Source: Candidatus Campbellbacteria bacterium GW2011_OD1_34_28 (GTDB lineage Bacteria > Patescibacteriota > Minisyncoccia > Phycocordibacterales > UBA12079). From it: DNA of 64,000 nucleotides. Shown piece by piece: positions 1-8,289 of this stretch (the first letter of the stretch is position 1; every line of letters begins with the position of its first letter). Where the stretch lies: contig CP011215.1 in NCBI GenBank assembly GCA_001029775.1, positions 32,148-96,147 of the forward strand, given 5' to 3'. Below the pieces are notes generated by a model. It did no database searches. It saw nothing but the letters and a program-made list of their open reading frames with translations, and was not told where the DNA came from. Position numbers and translations under genes: made by a program.

Positions 1-738
1 AGTTTTTCCAACAGGAACAAAAGCAATTCTTTCACTTCCCTTCAACTTCAAATCAAAAGAAAATGTGTTCTTTGAAGAAAGGGCACCAGAGGGAACATTG
101 ACACTAAGACCAGAGGAACTTTTACCAAGACCTTCCATCGTAACTCTCTTTGCCTCAATTTCTCCGTTAGGATATATGCTTCCGCCAATATCTCTAATAA
201 CATCATCTGTTTTTATTCCAGAAATAAATTGAAGCTTTTGATTATTTAGATTGAAATCGGTTCTCTCTTCCAACCCTCTGATGTCTGGAATACCAATAGA
301 GATAAAAGCATTATTCCAATGTATAGATTGCAAACCGATACCCAAAGAAATAAAATCTGGTTTTTCAAAATCACCAGAAAAAGAAATGTTTGAAGAATAA
401 ACAACCGCATCATAAATTCCACGAGATCTTAATTCGGGAGAAATAGTTGTTTCAATATTTAAATGCTCTGGGAGAAAATGCGCATAGGCTGTTTCTTTAA
501 TTTGTTTTCCATCGACTGTTTTGTATGAATCATAAGGGACCGTCAAAATAGGTCCGGCTATAATTTGCTCGTTTCCCCATTTTGATGTTATATCCTGAAT
601 AGCAAATTGACGGTTATTTTCTCTGTCATATATAACAGATTTAATCATTCCGACAGGGATAAGTAATAAAAGAGCAAGAATTGCAACAAAAACAGCTTTA
701 AGAGTTGTGCTTTGTAATATTTTTTGTATTTTATTCAT
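1..738 (-). CDS. creD: Inner membrane protein of the cell-envelope-integrity (CreD) family. N-terminal 246 aa only; the 3' end runs off the window.
   Basis: Minus-strand ORF from ATG at 736-738, open to position 1. Translation MNKIQKILQSTTLKAVFVAILALLLLIPVGMIKSVIYDRENNRQFAIQDITSKWGNEQIIAGPIL... has the signal-anchor plus periplasmic domain pattern of CreD-family proteins. Not in the ORF track because it reaches the window edge. Confidence 0.5.
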   Translation of the reverse strand, partial: MNKIQKILQSTTLKAVFVAILALLLLIPVGMIKSVIYDRENNRQFAIQDITSKWGNEQIIAGPILTVPYDSYKTVDGKQIKETAYAHFLPEHLNIETTISPELRSRGIYDAVVYSSNISFSGDFEKPDFISLGIGLQSIHWNNAFISIGIPDIRGLEERTDFNLNNQKLQFISGIKTDDVIRDIGGSIYPNGEIEAKRVTMEGLGKSSSGLSVNVPSGALSSKNTFSFDLKLKGSERIAFVPVGKT

Positions 739-747
739 AATGCCATT

Positions 748-1341
748 TTACCACTTATTCAAGATTTTGAAATCTTTTAACAATGTTTCTCTCATTCCTC
801 CGTTATATAAAGCTACGGCCGGATGATATAAAGGTATTATTTTCACTTTGCCGTATGAAAAATCTATTTCATAAGATTTTCCGTGTGCTTTGCTAATCGG
901 TTCAATCTGATTTTCCAAACCAAAATGTCGCATCACATATTCAAAAGAAAACCTGCCGAGTGTTGCAATTATTTTTGGCTGGATTATCTCAATTTGTCTA
1001 TCTAAAAAAGGACCGTACAATTTTATTTCTTCTCGAGATGGATCACGGTTGTCCTCGGGTCTATCTTTCACAATATTGGTTATATAAACATTTTCTCTTT
1101 TTAGATTCACAGAAACAAACATACTGTCTAGAAATTTTCCTGATGCACCACAAAAAGGTTTGCCTGTCTGAGCTTCTTTTTTTCCAGGAGCTTCTCCGAT
1201 AAACATAATTTTTGAATTTAAACTCCCTTCCCCAACAACCGGAAAAAACTTGTTTTCAGTGCGATATTTATACAAAGGAGATTGCTTGAAATCGCTTAAT
1301 TCCTTTTCAATTTTTTTCATCAATTTTGCCTTGTCTTGCAT
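748..1341 (-). CDS. Uracil-DNA glycosylase, family 4/5 type
   Basis: 197 aa. Contains GEAPG...E and PFCGASGKFL motifs and a HPAV motif near the C-terminus, typical of family-4 UDGs. Confidence 0.75.
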   Translation of the reverse strand: MQDKAKLMKKIEKELSDFKQSPLYKYRTENKFFPVVGEGSLNSKIMFIGEAPGKKEAQTGKPFCGASGKFLDSMFVSVNLKRENVYITNIVKDRPEDNRDPSREEIKLYGPFLDRQIEIIQPKIIATLGRFSFEYVMRHFGLENQIEPISKAHGKSYEIDFSYGKVKIIPLYHPAVALYNGGMRETLLKDFKILNKW

Positions 1342-1439
1342 AAAAAGAATTTTATCATATTTTTGTAGCTTCCTGTTTTGATTTGTGATATAAATTTATC
1401 AGAAATGAATCTTTTAAAAAACCTTAACAAGGAGATTTT

Positions 1440-2147
1440 ATGTCCGTCCTAACTTGTATGATTCTCTCTGGCGAACTCTGTAGCTCTGATATCACAAAAG
1501 CAATTGAGTTAAGCAATTACGACAGAGAAGCAATCACTGCTGGACTGAAAACAAACAAACTATCAACCAGACAAATGCTAAAAATTTTGAAAGGGGTCGA
1601 AGAACGAGTCTTTCAGGGGAAAGATGATGTTTCCTCAAAAATTGTGGAAAAAATCAGTTTTAAGGGACTTTCGTGGGAGAAAAAAATCGGAATGATACCT
1701 GAACATAAACACAACATTCCACTCACCTGCAGAATAGTTAAATCAATTTTTTGGAAAAACCTTAGTCAAAAAAATTTGGAGAAAGCCGTCAGACTATCTG
1801 AATACAACCACTTCGTCCTAATTGCCGCAATAGAAACGGGCAATCTTACAAATCAGACAAAATTTGAGGCGATTAAAAAAGTCTCTGGTAATGGCAAAGA
1901 TCGCCCACGCATTGCTGATACAGTTATTCGGATGAACCACTGGGGGGAAATGAGTGTGATTGATTGCTGTATGGCGATAACATTAAGTGGAGGAAACAGA
2001 AAAATCGCCGAATCAGTCAGAGATCACATAGATCTCACAAGAATGTCTCTAGAAACTATTCTCAAAGTAATAGAGCTCTCCGGCAGACATATAGTGATTA
2101 TGAATGCTGTTGGAGAGGAGTTGAAAAGAAGAAATCTGAGAAAGTAA
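1440..2147 (+). CDS. Hypothetical protein with three internal helical repeats of about 70 aa
   Basis: 235-aa ORF preceded by a strong SD (AAGGAG, 7 nt upstream). Internal repeats are AIELSNYDREAITAGLKTNKLSTRQMLKILKGV, AVRLSEYNHFVLIAAIETGNLTNQTKFEAIKKV and AITLSGGNRKIAESVRDHIDLTRMSLETILKV. No family recognised. Confidence 0.5.
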   Translation: MSVLTCMILSGELCSSDITKAIELSNYDREAITAGLKTNKLSTRQMLKILKGVEERVFQGKDDVSSKIVEKISFKGLSWEKKIGMIPEHKHNIPLTCRIVKSIFWKNLSQKNLEKAVRLSEYNHFVLIAAIETGNLTNQTKFEAIKKVSGNGKDRPRIADTVIRMNHWGEMSVIDCCMAITLSGGNRKIAESVRDHIDLTRMSLETILKVIELSGRHIVIMNAVGEELKRRNLRK

Positions 2148-2155
2148 TTTTATTT

Positions 2156-2200
2156 AAGCCGGAAAAACTTTGTACACAAAGTTTTTCCGGCTTATTTTAT
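2156..2200 (+). terminator. Rho-independent terminator
   Basis: Perfect palindrome aagccggaaaaactttgtacacaaagtttttccggctt followed by attttattt. Confidence 0.6.
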
Positions 2201-2248
2201 TTGAGTTTTTATTGTTTCTATGTTATAAATAGTACCTAAGTTTAATAG

Positions 2249-2764
2249 ATGTCACAAAAAACTCACACAAGAATAAATGAAGCTATCAGGGCCCGCGAGG
2301 TTAGGGTTATTGCCGAGAACGGTGATAATTTGGGTGTCATTACAACAAAAGAAGCTATTCAAAAAGCTCAGGAGGTTGGATTAGACTTGATCGAGATTTC
2401 ACCAAACAGCAATCCTCCCATTGCAAAGATAATGGATTATGGTAAATTTCAATACGAACAAAACAAGAAAGCTAAAGTTGCAAAAGCGAAAGCTCATGTA
2501 ACAGAAACAAAAGTAATTCAAATAAAGATAGGAACAAGCGAACACGATTTAAATTTGAAAGCAAAAAACATATCCAAATGGCTGAAAGAAGGAAATAGAA
2601 TAAAATTGGATCTATTCTTGATGGGAAGAACAAAATATATGGATATGCAGTTTCTAAAAGGAAGATTGGAAAGAATTTTAAATCTGATAACCGAGGAATA
2701 CAAGGTAGCAGATGAGCCAAAAAAAGGGCCAAAGGGATTAACCATGACCCTGGAAAGAAAATAA
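2249..2764 (+). CDS. infC: Translation initiation factor IF-3
   Basis: 171 aa. INEAIRAREVRVIAENGDNLGVITTKEAIQKAQEVGLDLIEISPNSNPPIAKIMDYGKFQYE is a canonical IF-3 N-domain. Followed by rpmI and rplT in the conserved operon order. Confidence 0.9.
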   Translation: MSQKTHTRINEAIRAREVRVIAENGDNLGVITTKEAIQKAQEVGLDLIEISPNSNPPIAKIMDYGKFQYEQNKKAKVAKAKAHVTETKVIQIKIGTSEHDLNLKAKNISKWLKEGNRIKLDLFLMGRTKYMDMQFLKGRLERILNLITEEYKVADEPKKGPKGLTMTLERK

Positions 2765-2844
2765 ATAAACTTAGATTTAAGTGGACTTGAAAAAATATAG
2801 ATATTAATGTAATATAGTGAGGTCTAAAATATCTGCGTTGATCT

Positions 2845-2879
2845 GCGTAACATTCGCATCGATTTACGCTTTATTTTTT
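2845..2879 (+). promoter_or_regulatory. Possible attenuator or terminator-like hairpin in the infC-rpmI spacer
   Basis: Stem gcgtaa(2845-2850)/ttacgc(2864-2869) followed by tttatttttt. A direct repeat atctgcgt x2 lies immediately upstream. Sits 10 nt before the rpmI ATG. Confidence 0.25.
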
Positions 2880-2889
2880 AAATAAAGCT

Positions 2890-3069
2890 ATGAAAACAAA
2901 CAAATCATACAAAAAAAGAATAAAAGTAAGTAAAAACGGAAAACTTGTTACAAGAAAGATAGGACAAGGTCACTTCAACGCGAAAGCATCTGGAACAAAA
3001 AATCTTAAAAAGAGACGCACGTCATCAATCACAATGACAAACAAATCAAAAGCAAGATTTTTAAGCTAA
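2890..3069 (+). CDS. rpmI: 50S ribosomal protein L35
   Basis: 59-aa ORF MKTNKSYKKRIKVSKNGKLVTRKIGQGHFNAKASGTKNLKKRRTSSITMTNKSKARFLS. Basic, with a typical L35 N-terminus. Absent from the ORF track because it is under 60 aa. Confidence 0.85.
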   Translation: MKTNKSYKKRIKVSKNGKLVTRKIGQGHFNAKASGTKNLKKRRTSSITMTNKSKARFLS

Positions 3070-3101
3070 AAACTAATTTACTAAAAACTAACAACTAGAA
3101 T

Positions 3102-3482
3102 ATGACAAGAGTAAAAAGAGGAACAACCTCGCTAAAAAGAAGAAAGAAAGTTTTGAAACTAGCAAAAGGATTCAGAAATGCTAGATCAACAAAAGAGAGA
3201 CAGGCTCACGAGGCTTTGATGCATGCAGGAGTTCACGCCTTTGCTCACAGAAGAGACAAGAAAAATGACTTTAGAAGATTGTGGCAAACAAAGATGAACG
3301 CAGGACTAAGAGCAATCGGATTTACATACAGCAAATTCACAGGCGAACTAAATAAAAAAGGAATCGCTTTGAACAGAAAAATGTTGGCAGAAATTGCAGA
3401 AAAACATCCAGAAACATTGGAAAGAATTGTAAAACAAGTTACATCCGCAACACCTACAACAAAAGCTACTGTTACAGAATAA
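3102..3482 (+). CDS. rplT: 50S ribosomal protein L20
   Basis: 126 aa. MTRVKRGTTSLKRRKKVLKLAKGFRNARSTKERQAHEALMHAGVHAFAHRRDKKNDFRRLWQTKMNAG is a canonical L20. Confidence 0.92.
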   Translation: MTRVKRGTTSLKRRKKVLKLAKGFRNARSTKERQAHEALMHAGVHAFAHRRDKKNDFRRLWQTKMNAGLRAIGFTYSKFTGELNKKGIALNRKMLAEIAEKHPETLERIVKQVTSATPTTKATVTE

Positions 3483-3493
3483 TAACCAAAAAC

Positions 3494-3521
3494 AAAAAAT
3501 CTCCTTGCGGAGATTTTTTTG
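3494..3521. terminator. Bidirectional rho-independent terminator
   Basis: aaaaaatctccttgcggagattttttt: stem tctcc/ggaga with A-run and T-run flanks. Serves rplT (+) and the convergent minus-strand gene. Confidence 0.7.
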
Positions 3522-3599
3522 TTTATAAGTTTTATGATTTAAGATTTAGAATTTATAAATTTTTTCTTTATAAACTTTCTACTTTATAAACTTTATTAA
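3522..3599. repeat. Tandem CTTTATAAA-like 9-mer array
   Basis: ctttataaa / ctttcta / ctttataaa / ctttattaa at 3566-3599, plus degenerate tttataagt and tttataaat units upstream. Confidence 0.5.
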
Positions 3600-4232
3600 C
3601 TACAAAATTCTATCCTGACAATATGTCCCATTAAATCCATCAGAATTTTTATAAGCTCTCACAATTCCCTCTTTGTCTTTCTTTACCAATTCCAAAACTC
3701 TTTCAACCAATTTTTTTGGATCAGAATCAAAAACAATTTGATCATTTTTTCTATTGCTTCTCTCAATAATTGTTTTAATTGTTTCGTCCATCAGCCAATC
3801 TCCTTCTAAAATGCCAATTGGCTTTCCATCTTCATAGGCCACAGTGAATTCGTGAATTGTGCCAATTCTTCCGCAACCAATAAAAACCGCGTCAGATGCT
3901 CTGGTCAAAAACAAATCTCTTCCTGGGTATCCAAAACCGGTGTAAACCATCAAATCCATATAATCAACAGGTAATCTGTAAATATTTCTGTGCTCATACT
4001 CACTAGATGCAGGAGAAAATCCTATAGAGATTCCCCCTTCTTCTTTACATCCTTTCGCTGCTTGCAAAGGAAATCCTGTTGTCGCACCGGTCACAAGAAT
4101 TGCGCCTTGTTTGGCAATCTCTCTCCCAAGTTCTTCTGCTAAATCAAAAGATGCTGCTCCACAATGACTTGTTTCAGCCGCTCCTGATACGCACAACTTT
4201 GGTTTAAAATTTCCGTCTTCTTTTATATTCAT
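3600..4232 (-). CDS. LOG-family / TIGR00725-like Rossmann-fold nucleotide-binding protein
   Basis: 210 aa. VTGATTG near the N-terminus and GCGRIGTIHEF (a variant of GGxGTxxE), characteristic of the LOG / lysine-decarboxylase-like family. Confidence 0.55.
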   Translation of the reverse strand: MNIKEDGNFKPKLCVSGAAETSHCGAASFDLAEELGREIAKQGAILVTGATTGFPLQAAKGCKEEGGISIGFSPASSEYEHRNIYRLPVDYMDLMVYTGFGYPGRDLFLTRASDAVFIGCGRIGTIHEFTVAYEDGKPIGILEGDWLMDETIKTIIERSNRKNDQIVFDSDPKKLVERVLELVKKDKEGIVRAYKNSDGFNGTYCQDRIL

Positions 4233-4299
4233 AAATTAATTTAAAATTACTATTACTTATATAATAACAAATTTTTTAGAAAAAATTATACAAAAATGT

Positions 4300-4746
4300 T
4301 TACAAACTATTTTTATTAATTTTTTCCAAGTCTTTTCTATAAAATTTTGAAACAACAACAAAAGCCATAATAGCTCCTATCATATCCATCAACAAATCCA
4401 ACAATGTGTCGTCTATATAATTGTTAGAAAAATCAACCTCTATTATAAATTCAAAAATCTCCCAACCAAGACCGATTAAAATACCGGAAAATAAAGAAAT
4501 AAAAAACATTTTTCTTTTATTAACAGTACCTTCTTTTGTAAAAATACTTTTACCACCTTTTTTTGAAAAACCAGAAGAGTAATAAAACCACAAAGCTGAA
4601 AGTCCTACCCAAAGACCGCCAAGAAAATGCATCATTATATCAAACCACCAAATCCTCCAATAAAAATAATAGTTCACCGCCAACTCATTTAGTGCGGCAA
4701 TAAACAAAATCAATATAAATGTAAAAATAAAAAGTTCTTTTCTCAT
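4300..4746 (-). CDS. Small polytopic membrane protein (VanZ-like?)
   Basis: The ORF track extends to 4863. The upstream 39 codons overlap a GC-rich structured element, so MRKELFIFTFILILFIAALNE... (ATG at 4744-4746) is taken as the start. Four hydrophobic segments. Confidence 0.45.
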   Translation of the reverse strand: MRKELFIFTFILILFIAALNELAVNYYFYWRIWWFDIMMHFLGGLWVGLSALWFYYSSGFSKKGGKSIFTKEGTVNKRKMFFISLFSGILIGLGWEIFEFIIEVDFSNNYIDDTLLDLLMDMIGAIMAFVVVSKFYRKDLEKINKNSL

Positions 4747-4751
4747 TGTCT

Positions 4752-4930
4752 CTAAATAAGAAAACCCGCTCCTCGATTTGAGAGAGCTGGTTTTCGCCTG
4801 GGCCACCTGAGGCATTATCCCTAGTATATAACTAGAGTGGGTATGCTCTGGGTACTGCACCAAGGTGCAATATCCACACGAGCCCCCTCATAATGCTTTA
4901 GTAGGAAAAATACTCTGCAGGTGACCTTCT
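4752..4930 (-). ncRNA. Candidate structured small RNA, identity unknown (6S- or SRP-like in size), with its own promoter and terminator
   Basis: A 170-nt block much GC-richer than its flanks. The closing helix GGUCACCUG (from plus 4918-4926) / CAGGUGGCC (from plus 4801-4809) is complete only on the minus strand (one U-G wobble; C-A mismatch on plus). Internal helices GCAUUAU/AUAAUGC and UGCAC-CUUG-GUGCA. TTGCAA-17-TAATAT promoter-like hexamers sit just upstream on the minus strand. Downstream is a terminator hairpin gaaaacc...gggttttc followed by a U-run (plus 4757-4796). Confidence 0.35.
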
Positions 4931-4946
4931 AATATTATTACATCTT

Positions 4947-4997
4947 AAAAAAAACTTGCAATAACAATATTGCAAGTTTTTTTATTTTTTTATTACT
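4947..4997. terminator. Bidirectional rho-independent terminator downstream of ndk
   Basis: A8-cttgcaata-acaa-tattgcaag-T8: perfect 9-bp stem with A and T runs on both sides. Confidence 0.65.
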
Positions 4998-5064
4998 CCT
5001 TAAAAAAGCTTTATTATTCAAGGGTTCCGTCTATGTTTACATCGTAAAGAATTTGTTCTTGAAA

Positions 5065-5643
5065 TTAAATTCTTGTTCTATAATGTATTTTTTCTTCAGG
5101 TCTTTCATAAGAATGAATTTCATCTGGACTAAACCAAAAATCAATTTCTTTTTGTGCTTCAGTCGGGTTATCAGTTGCATGAATTATTGTTAGATTTGGT
5201 CTATTTGATTTATTCGCAAGTTCAAATGTGTCATGTGAATAGTCCCCTCTGATTGTTCCAGGAGCCGCTTCGTCAATATTTGTAGGACCTGTTAATCTTT
5301 TTACTGTCATAACAGCGTTATGTCCTTCAAGAACTACAGCGATAATCGGTGAAATTTGCATATCGTGAATCAAACCTTCAACAATATTTTTTCCTACGGG
5401 AATAGGGTCTGCATCTTCTGGCATTCCCAATTTTTTCTTATAAAGCTCTCCCTTTTCTCTAAACCATTTTTCATCTTTTTCGTAATGTTTTTCAAGAACC
5501 TCTCTAGAAGCCTGAATCATTTTAATTGCAGAGATTTTCAAACCAACCCTTTCAAATCTTTGAATAATTTCTCCAACAATACCTCTGGCGATAACATCTG
5601 GTTTTAATAAAACCAAAGTCTTTTCTTTTGTTAAGTGTTTCAT
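5065..5643 (-). CDS. ndk: Nucleoside diphosphate kinase, with an internal insertion and C-terminal extension
   Basis: 192 aa. LVLLKPDVIARGIVGEIIQRFERVGLKI and the catalytic-His region NLTIIHATDN match NDK. An insertion of about 40 aa (EKHYEKDEKWFREKGELYKKKLGMPEDADPIPVGKN) and a tail of about 30 aa are extra. Confidence 0.8.
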   Translation of the reverse strand: MKHLTKEKTLVLLKPDVIARGIVGEIIQRFERVGLKISAIKMIQASREVLEKHYEKDEKWFREKGELYKKKLGMPEDADPIPVGKNIVEGLIHDMQISPIIAVVLEGHNAVMTVKRLTGPTNIDEAAPGTIRGDYSHDTFELANKSNRPNLTIIHATDNPTEAQKEIDFWFSPDEIHSYERPEEKIHYRTRI

Positions 5644-5699
5644 TTTTGTTTTAATTTAACTAATAAATAAAATTTAATACCCCCAATCTTACCACAATA

Positions 5700-5905
5700 G
5701 GTCCATTTTTCAAAAAATTGTGGGTTGCTTCACTTCGTTCGCAAAGACGGATTTTGCGAAGCAAAATCCGTCACCCTCGTCGTCTTCGCGAGGCGAAGCC
5801 GAAGCGATCCACGTCGTTTTTTTTTGGATTCCTGCCTGTCGTGTTGTTGCTTTTCTTTCAGAAAAGAGGCGGGGCAAATTTCCCGCCTAAATCCTAAACC
5901 CTCTT
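5700..5905. repeat. GC-rich hairpin-dense intergenic repeat element, copy 1
   Basis: Perfect hairpin gacggattttgc-gaa-gcaaaatccgtc, the words cgtcttcgcgag and gaagcgatccacgtcg, and the terminal hairpin ggcggggcaaatttcccgcc followed by taaatcctaa. About 55% GC against a genome of about 33%. Confidence 0.6.
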
Positions 5906-5907
5906 AA

Positions 5908-6603
5908 TTATTTCTGCATCGTAACCACCCAAAATTTTCTTTTGAAAACCCTTCCGTTCACAGTAGAATAACTCTCTGTTTTTTTCATATCCAATATTTT
6001 AAAATATTTTGAATATATTTCTATAAAATTATCTTTTGAAAAAACTCTTTCTATCAAACCTGTTTCTGGCATTATATAAGTATCTTTTTCTCTAGCTGAG
6101 TTGTTTTTCAAAAGAAATTGAGCATTTTTATCTCCATCTTTACACAAAGCTCTCACAAAAAATATTCCGTCTTTTCTCAAAACACGATTTACTTCTGACA
6201 GATAAATTTCTCTTTCTGCTTCATCCAAAGAGTTAGAACTTGTGATATCAATAACCAGATCAAAATATTCATTTTCAAACGAATATTTTTCTCCAATACT
6301 TTGCTTTATATATTTAGCACCAAGATTTCCAGCTCTTGTTTTTGCTGTATCAATCGCAGTTTGAGAGATTTCCATACCAAAAACATCCGCCTGTTTTTCG
6401 GCTAAATAATTTGCATTTCTCCCAGTCCCCGATCCTAAATCCAAAACCCTTAACCCCTCAAAACTTACAGGGACTCGGTCCCTGTAAGTTTTGAGGTATG
6501 TTTTATACCATTTTAAAAATTTCAAAAAAACAGACTGCGGTTTGTCGTGTCCTGTTACCAATTTTGGATTTCTGTATTCTTTTTCCCAAATATCTTTTTG
6601 CAT
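5908..6603 (-). CDS. Class I SAM-dependent methyltransferase
   Basis: 231 aa. The VLDLGSGTGRNANYLAEK motif I is followed by DVFGMEIS and DLVID. Confidence 0.75.
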   Translation of the reverse strand: MQKDIWEKEYRNPKLVTGHDKPQSVFLKFLKWYKTYLKTYRDRVPVSFEGLRVLDLGSGTGRNANYLAEKQADVFGMEISQTAIDTAKTRAGNLGAKYIKQSIGEKYSFENEYFDLVIDITSSNSLDEAEREIYLSEVNRVLRKDGIFFVRALCKDGDKNAQFLLKNNSAREKDTYIMPETGLIERVFSKDNFIEIYSKYFKILDMKKTESYSTVNGRVFKRKFWVVTMQK

Positions 6604-6720
6604 AAAATAAATATACCAATATACGAATTATGCGAATAAAACGAATAAATACAAATATTAGGAATCGTTATTTGTAACGATTTGTATAATTCGTATCATT
6701 CGTATATTAGTATGTTTATC

Positions 6721-7485
6721 TTAAATTTTTGTCAGAATTTCGGGGTCACCATCTGTGATTAAAATAGTGTGCTCAAAATGTGCACTTCTACTGCCATCCG
6801 CAGTTCTAAAAGTATATCCATCTTTATCTAAAACAACATGTTTCTTTCCTTCATTCAACATCGGTTCAAGAGCGAGAACCATTCCCTTTTGCAATTTTGT
6901 CCCTTGTCCTTTCTTGCCAACATTTGCTATGTATGGCTCTTCATGGACATTTTTTCCAACGCCGTGTCCACCCAACTCATCTATTACACCAAATTTAAAA
7001 GGTTTAACAAAATTTTCAATAGCATATCCAATATCGCCTGTCTTGTTTCCTGCCCTAGCCTGTTTAATTCCTTCATACAAAGACTGTTTTGTTACCTCAA
7101 TCAATTTTTTTGCTTCTTTATCTATTTCTCCCACTCCAACCGTCATTGCCATATCGGTAACTAATCCGTTGTGAACAAGCCCTAAATCAATTCCCACAAT
7201 ATCACCTTCTTGTAACACCTTTTCATTACCCGATGAAATGCCGTGCACGACTTCATCGTTTACTGACACACACAAAGTAGCAGGATATGGAAATCTGGCC
7301 CCTTCCGGTTTGTAATGCAAAAAAGCAGGCTTGTCACCGCCTTCTCTAATCAACTGTTCGGCATAATCGTTTAAATCATTAATTACCGCCCCCGGAATAA
7401 CCTTTTTTGCTGTTTCATTCAAAATAAAGGCAAGTCTCTTGCCTCCTTCTCGTAATATATTTATTTCACTTTCTGTATATATCAT
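6721..7485 (-). CDS. map: Methionine aminopeptidase type I
   Basis: Conserved MetAP-I metal-ligand blocks (VVHGI, GDIVGIDLG, HGVGKNVHEEP, LALEPM, HFEHT). The start is moved to MIYTESEINILREG (ATG at 7483-7485) because the longer ORF would read through the upstream terminator hairpin. Confidence 0.88.
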   Translation of the reverse strand: MIYTESEINILREGGKRLAFILNETAKKVIPGAVINDLNDYAEQLIREGGDKPAFLHYKPEGARFPYPATLCVSVNDEVVHGISSGNEKVLQEGDIVGIDLGLVHNGLVTDMAMTVGVGEIDKEAKKLIEVTKQSLYEGIKQARAGNKTGDIGYAIENFVKPFKFGVIDELGGHGVGKNVHEEPYIANVGKKGQGTKLQKGMVLALEPMLNEGKKHVVLDKDGYTFRTADGSRSAHFEHTILITDGDPEILTKI

Positions 7486-7503
7486 TATTTTGAGTATACA
7501 AGT

Positions 7504-7530
7504 AAAAAAGTCTTGAAACAAGACTTTTTT
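7504..7530. terminator. Bidirectional rho-independent terminator
   Basis: aaaaaagtcttg-aaac-caagactttttt, a perfect palindrome. Confidence 0.65.
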
Positions 7531-7661
7531 AAACAACAAACTACAATCACCAAATCACAAACAAATTCAAAATAACAAATACGAAATCCGAGACAAGTGT
7601 TTATTATTTTGAAATTAAAATTTGTAATTTGTTTAGAATTTAAAGTTTAAAAAATCTGATT

Positions 7662-8255
7662 TTACAATCCGATTTTTTCAATCATTTCTTGATAAACTTG
7701 CTCTATCGTTTGTTCCCCATTTACCTCGACAAATTTATATGTTGAATTATTTTTTAAATATTCAATTGCTGGCAAAACATCTCTATCAAACCAATCCAAT
7801 CTTTTCTTTACCTGTTCCTCATCGTCATCATGTCTTCCCCTGCCCAACAATCTTGCTGTTGACCATTCACGAGAAACATTCATATATACAACAGTTGGAT
7901 CTTCTCTTTTATAAAATCTGATTGCAGAATCGAGTACTTCAGCTTCGTTCAAACGACGAGGTGTCCCGTCCAGAATAAGATGTTCACTGCCTTTCATTTC
8001 CTCAATCAGATCTTTTCCCCAAAGATACACAACCAAAAATTCTGGCTGTAATTCTCCTTTTTCAACAATTTCTCTTGAAAGTCTATTTGAATAACTATCA
8101 TTTTCCCAAAATTTTCTTAAAACATTACCTGTACTAATATAATTGATCCCGATTTCAGGATTTTTTTCTTGTAATTTTTTTGATAACAAATCAATCTGTG
8201 TTCCTTTTCCACAACCAGACCGACCGATAAAAATGTAGGTTTTTTGTGCAGACAT
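7662..8255 (-). CDS. adk: Adenylate kinase family (nucleoside monophosphate kinase)
   Basis: P-loop YIFIGRSGCGKGTQ, ILDGTPRRLNEAEVL, and the LID-region RGRHDDDEEQVKKRL. The start is set at MSAQKTY (ATG at 8253-8255). The 85 upstream codons of the track ORF lie in the GC-rich repeat and are rejected. Confidence 0.78.
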   Translation of the reverse strand: MSAQKTYIFIGRSGCGKGTQIDLLSKKLQEKNPEIGINYISTGNVLRKFWENDSYSNRLSREIVEKGELQPEFLVVYLWGKDLIEEMKGSEHLILDGTPRRLNEAEVLDSAIRFYKREDPTVVYMNVSREWSTARLLGRGRHDDDEEQVKKRLDWFDRDVLPAIEYLKNNSTYKFVEVNGEQTIEQVYQEMIEKIGL

Positions 8256-8289
8256 ACTAATATACAAATTATACGAATAATACTCTGAA

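Noticed and set aside
5725-5907. ORFs spanning the GC-rich repeat islands (5725-5907, 8363-8605, 8547-8744, 18634-18855, 18700-18882, 41203-41802, 41236-41427).
   Set aside because: Stop-poor GC-rich hairpin DNA. The translations are Arg/Ser/Ala-rich low complexity, both strands are open, and no SD or domain is present. They are treated as repeat elements, not genes.
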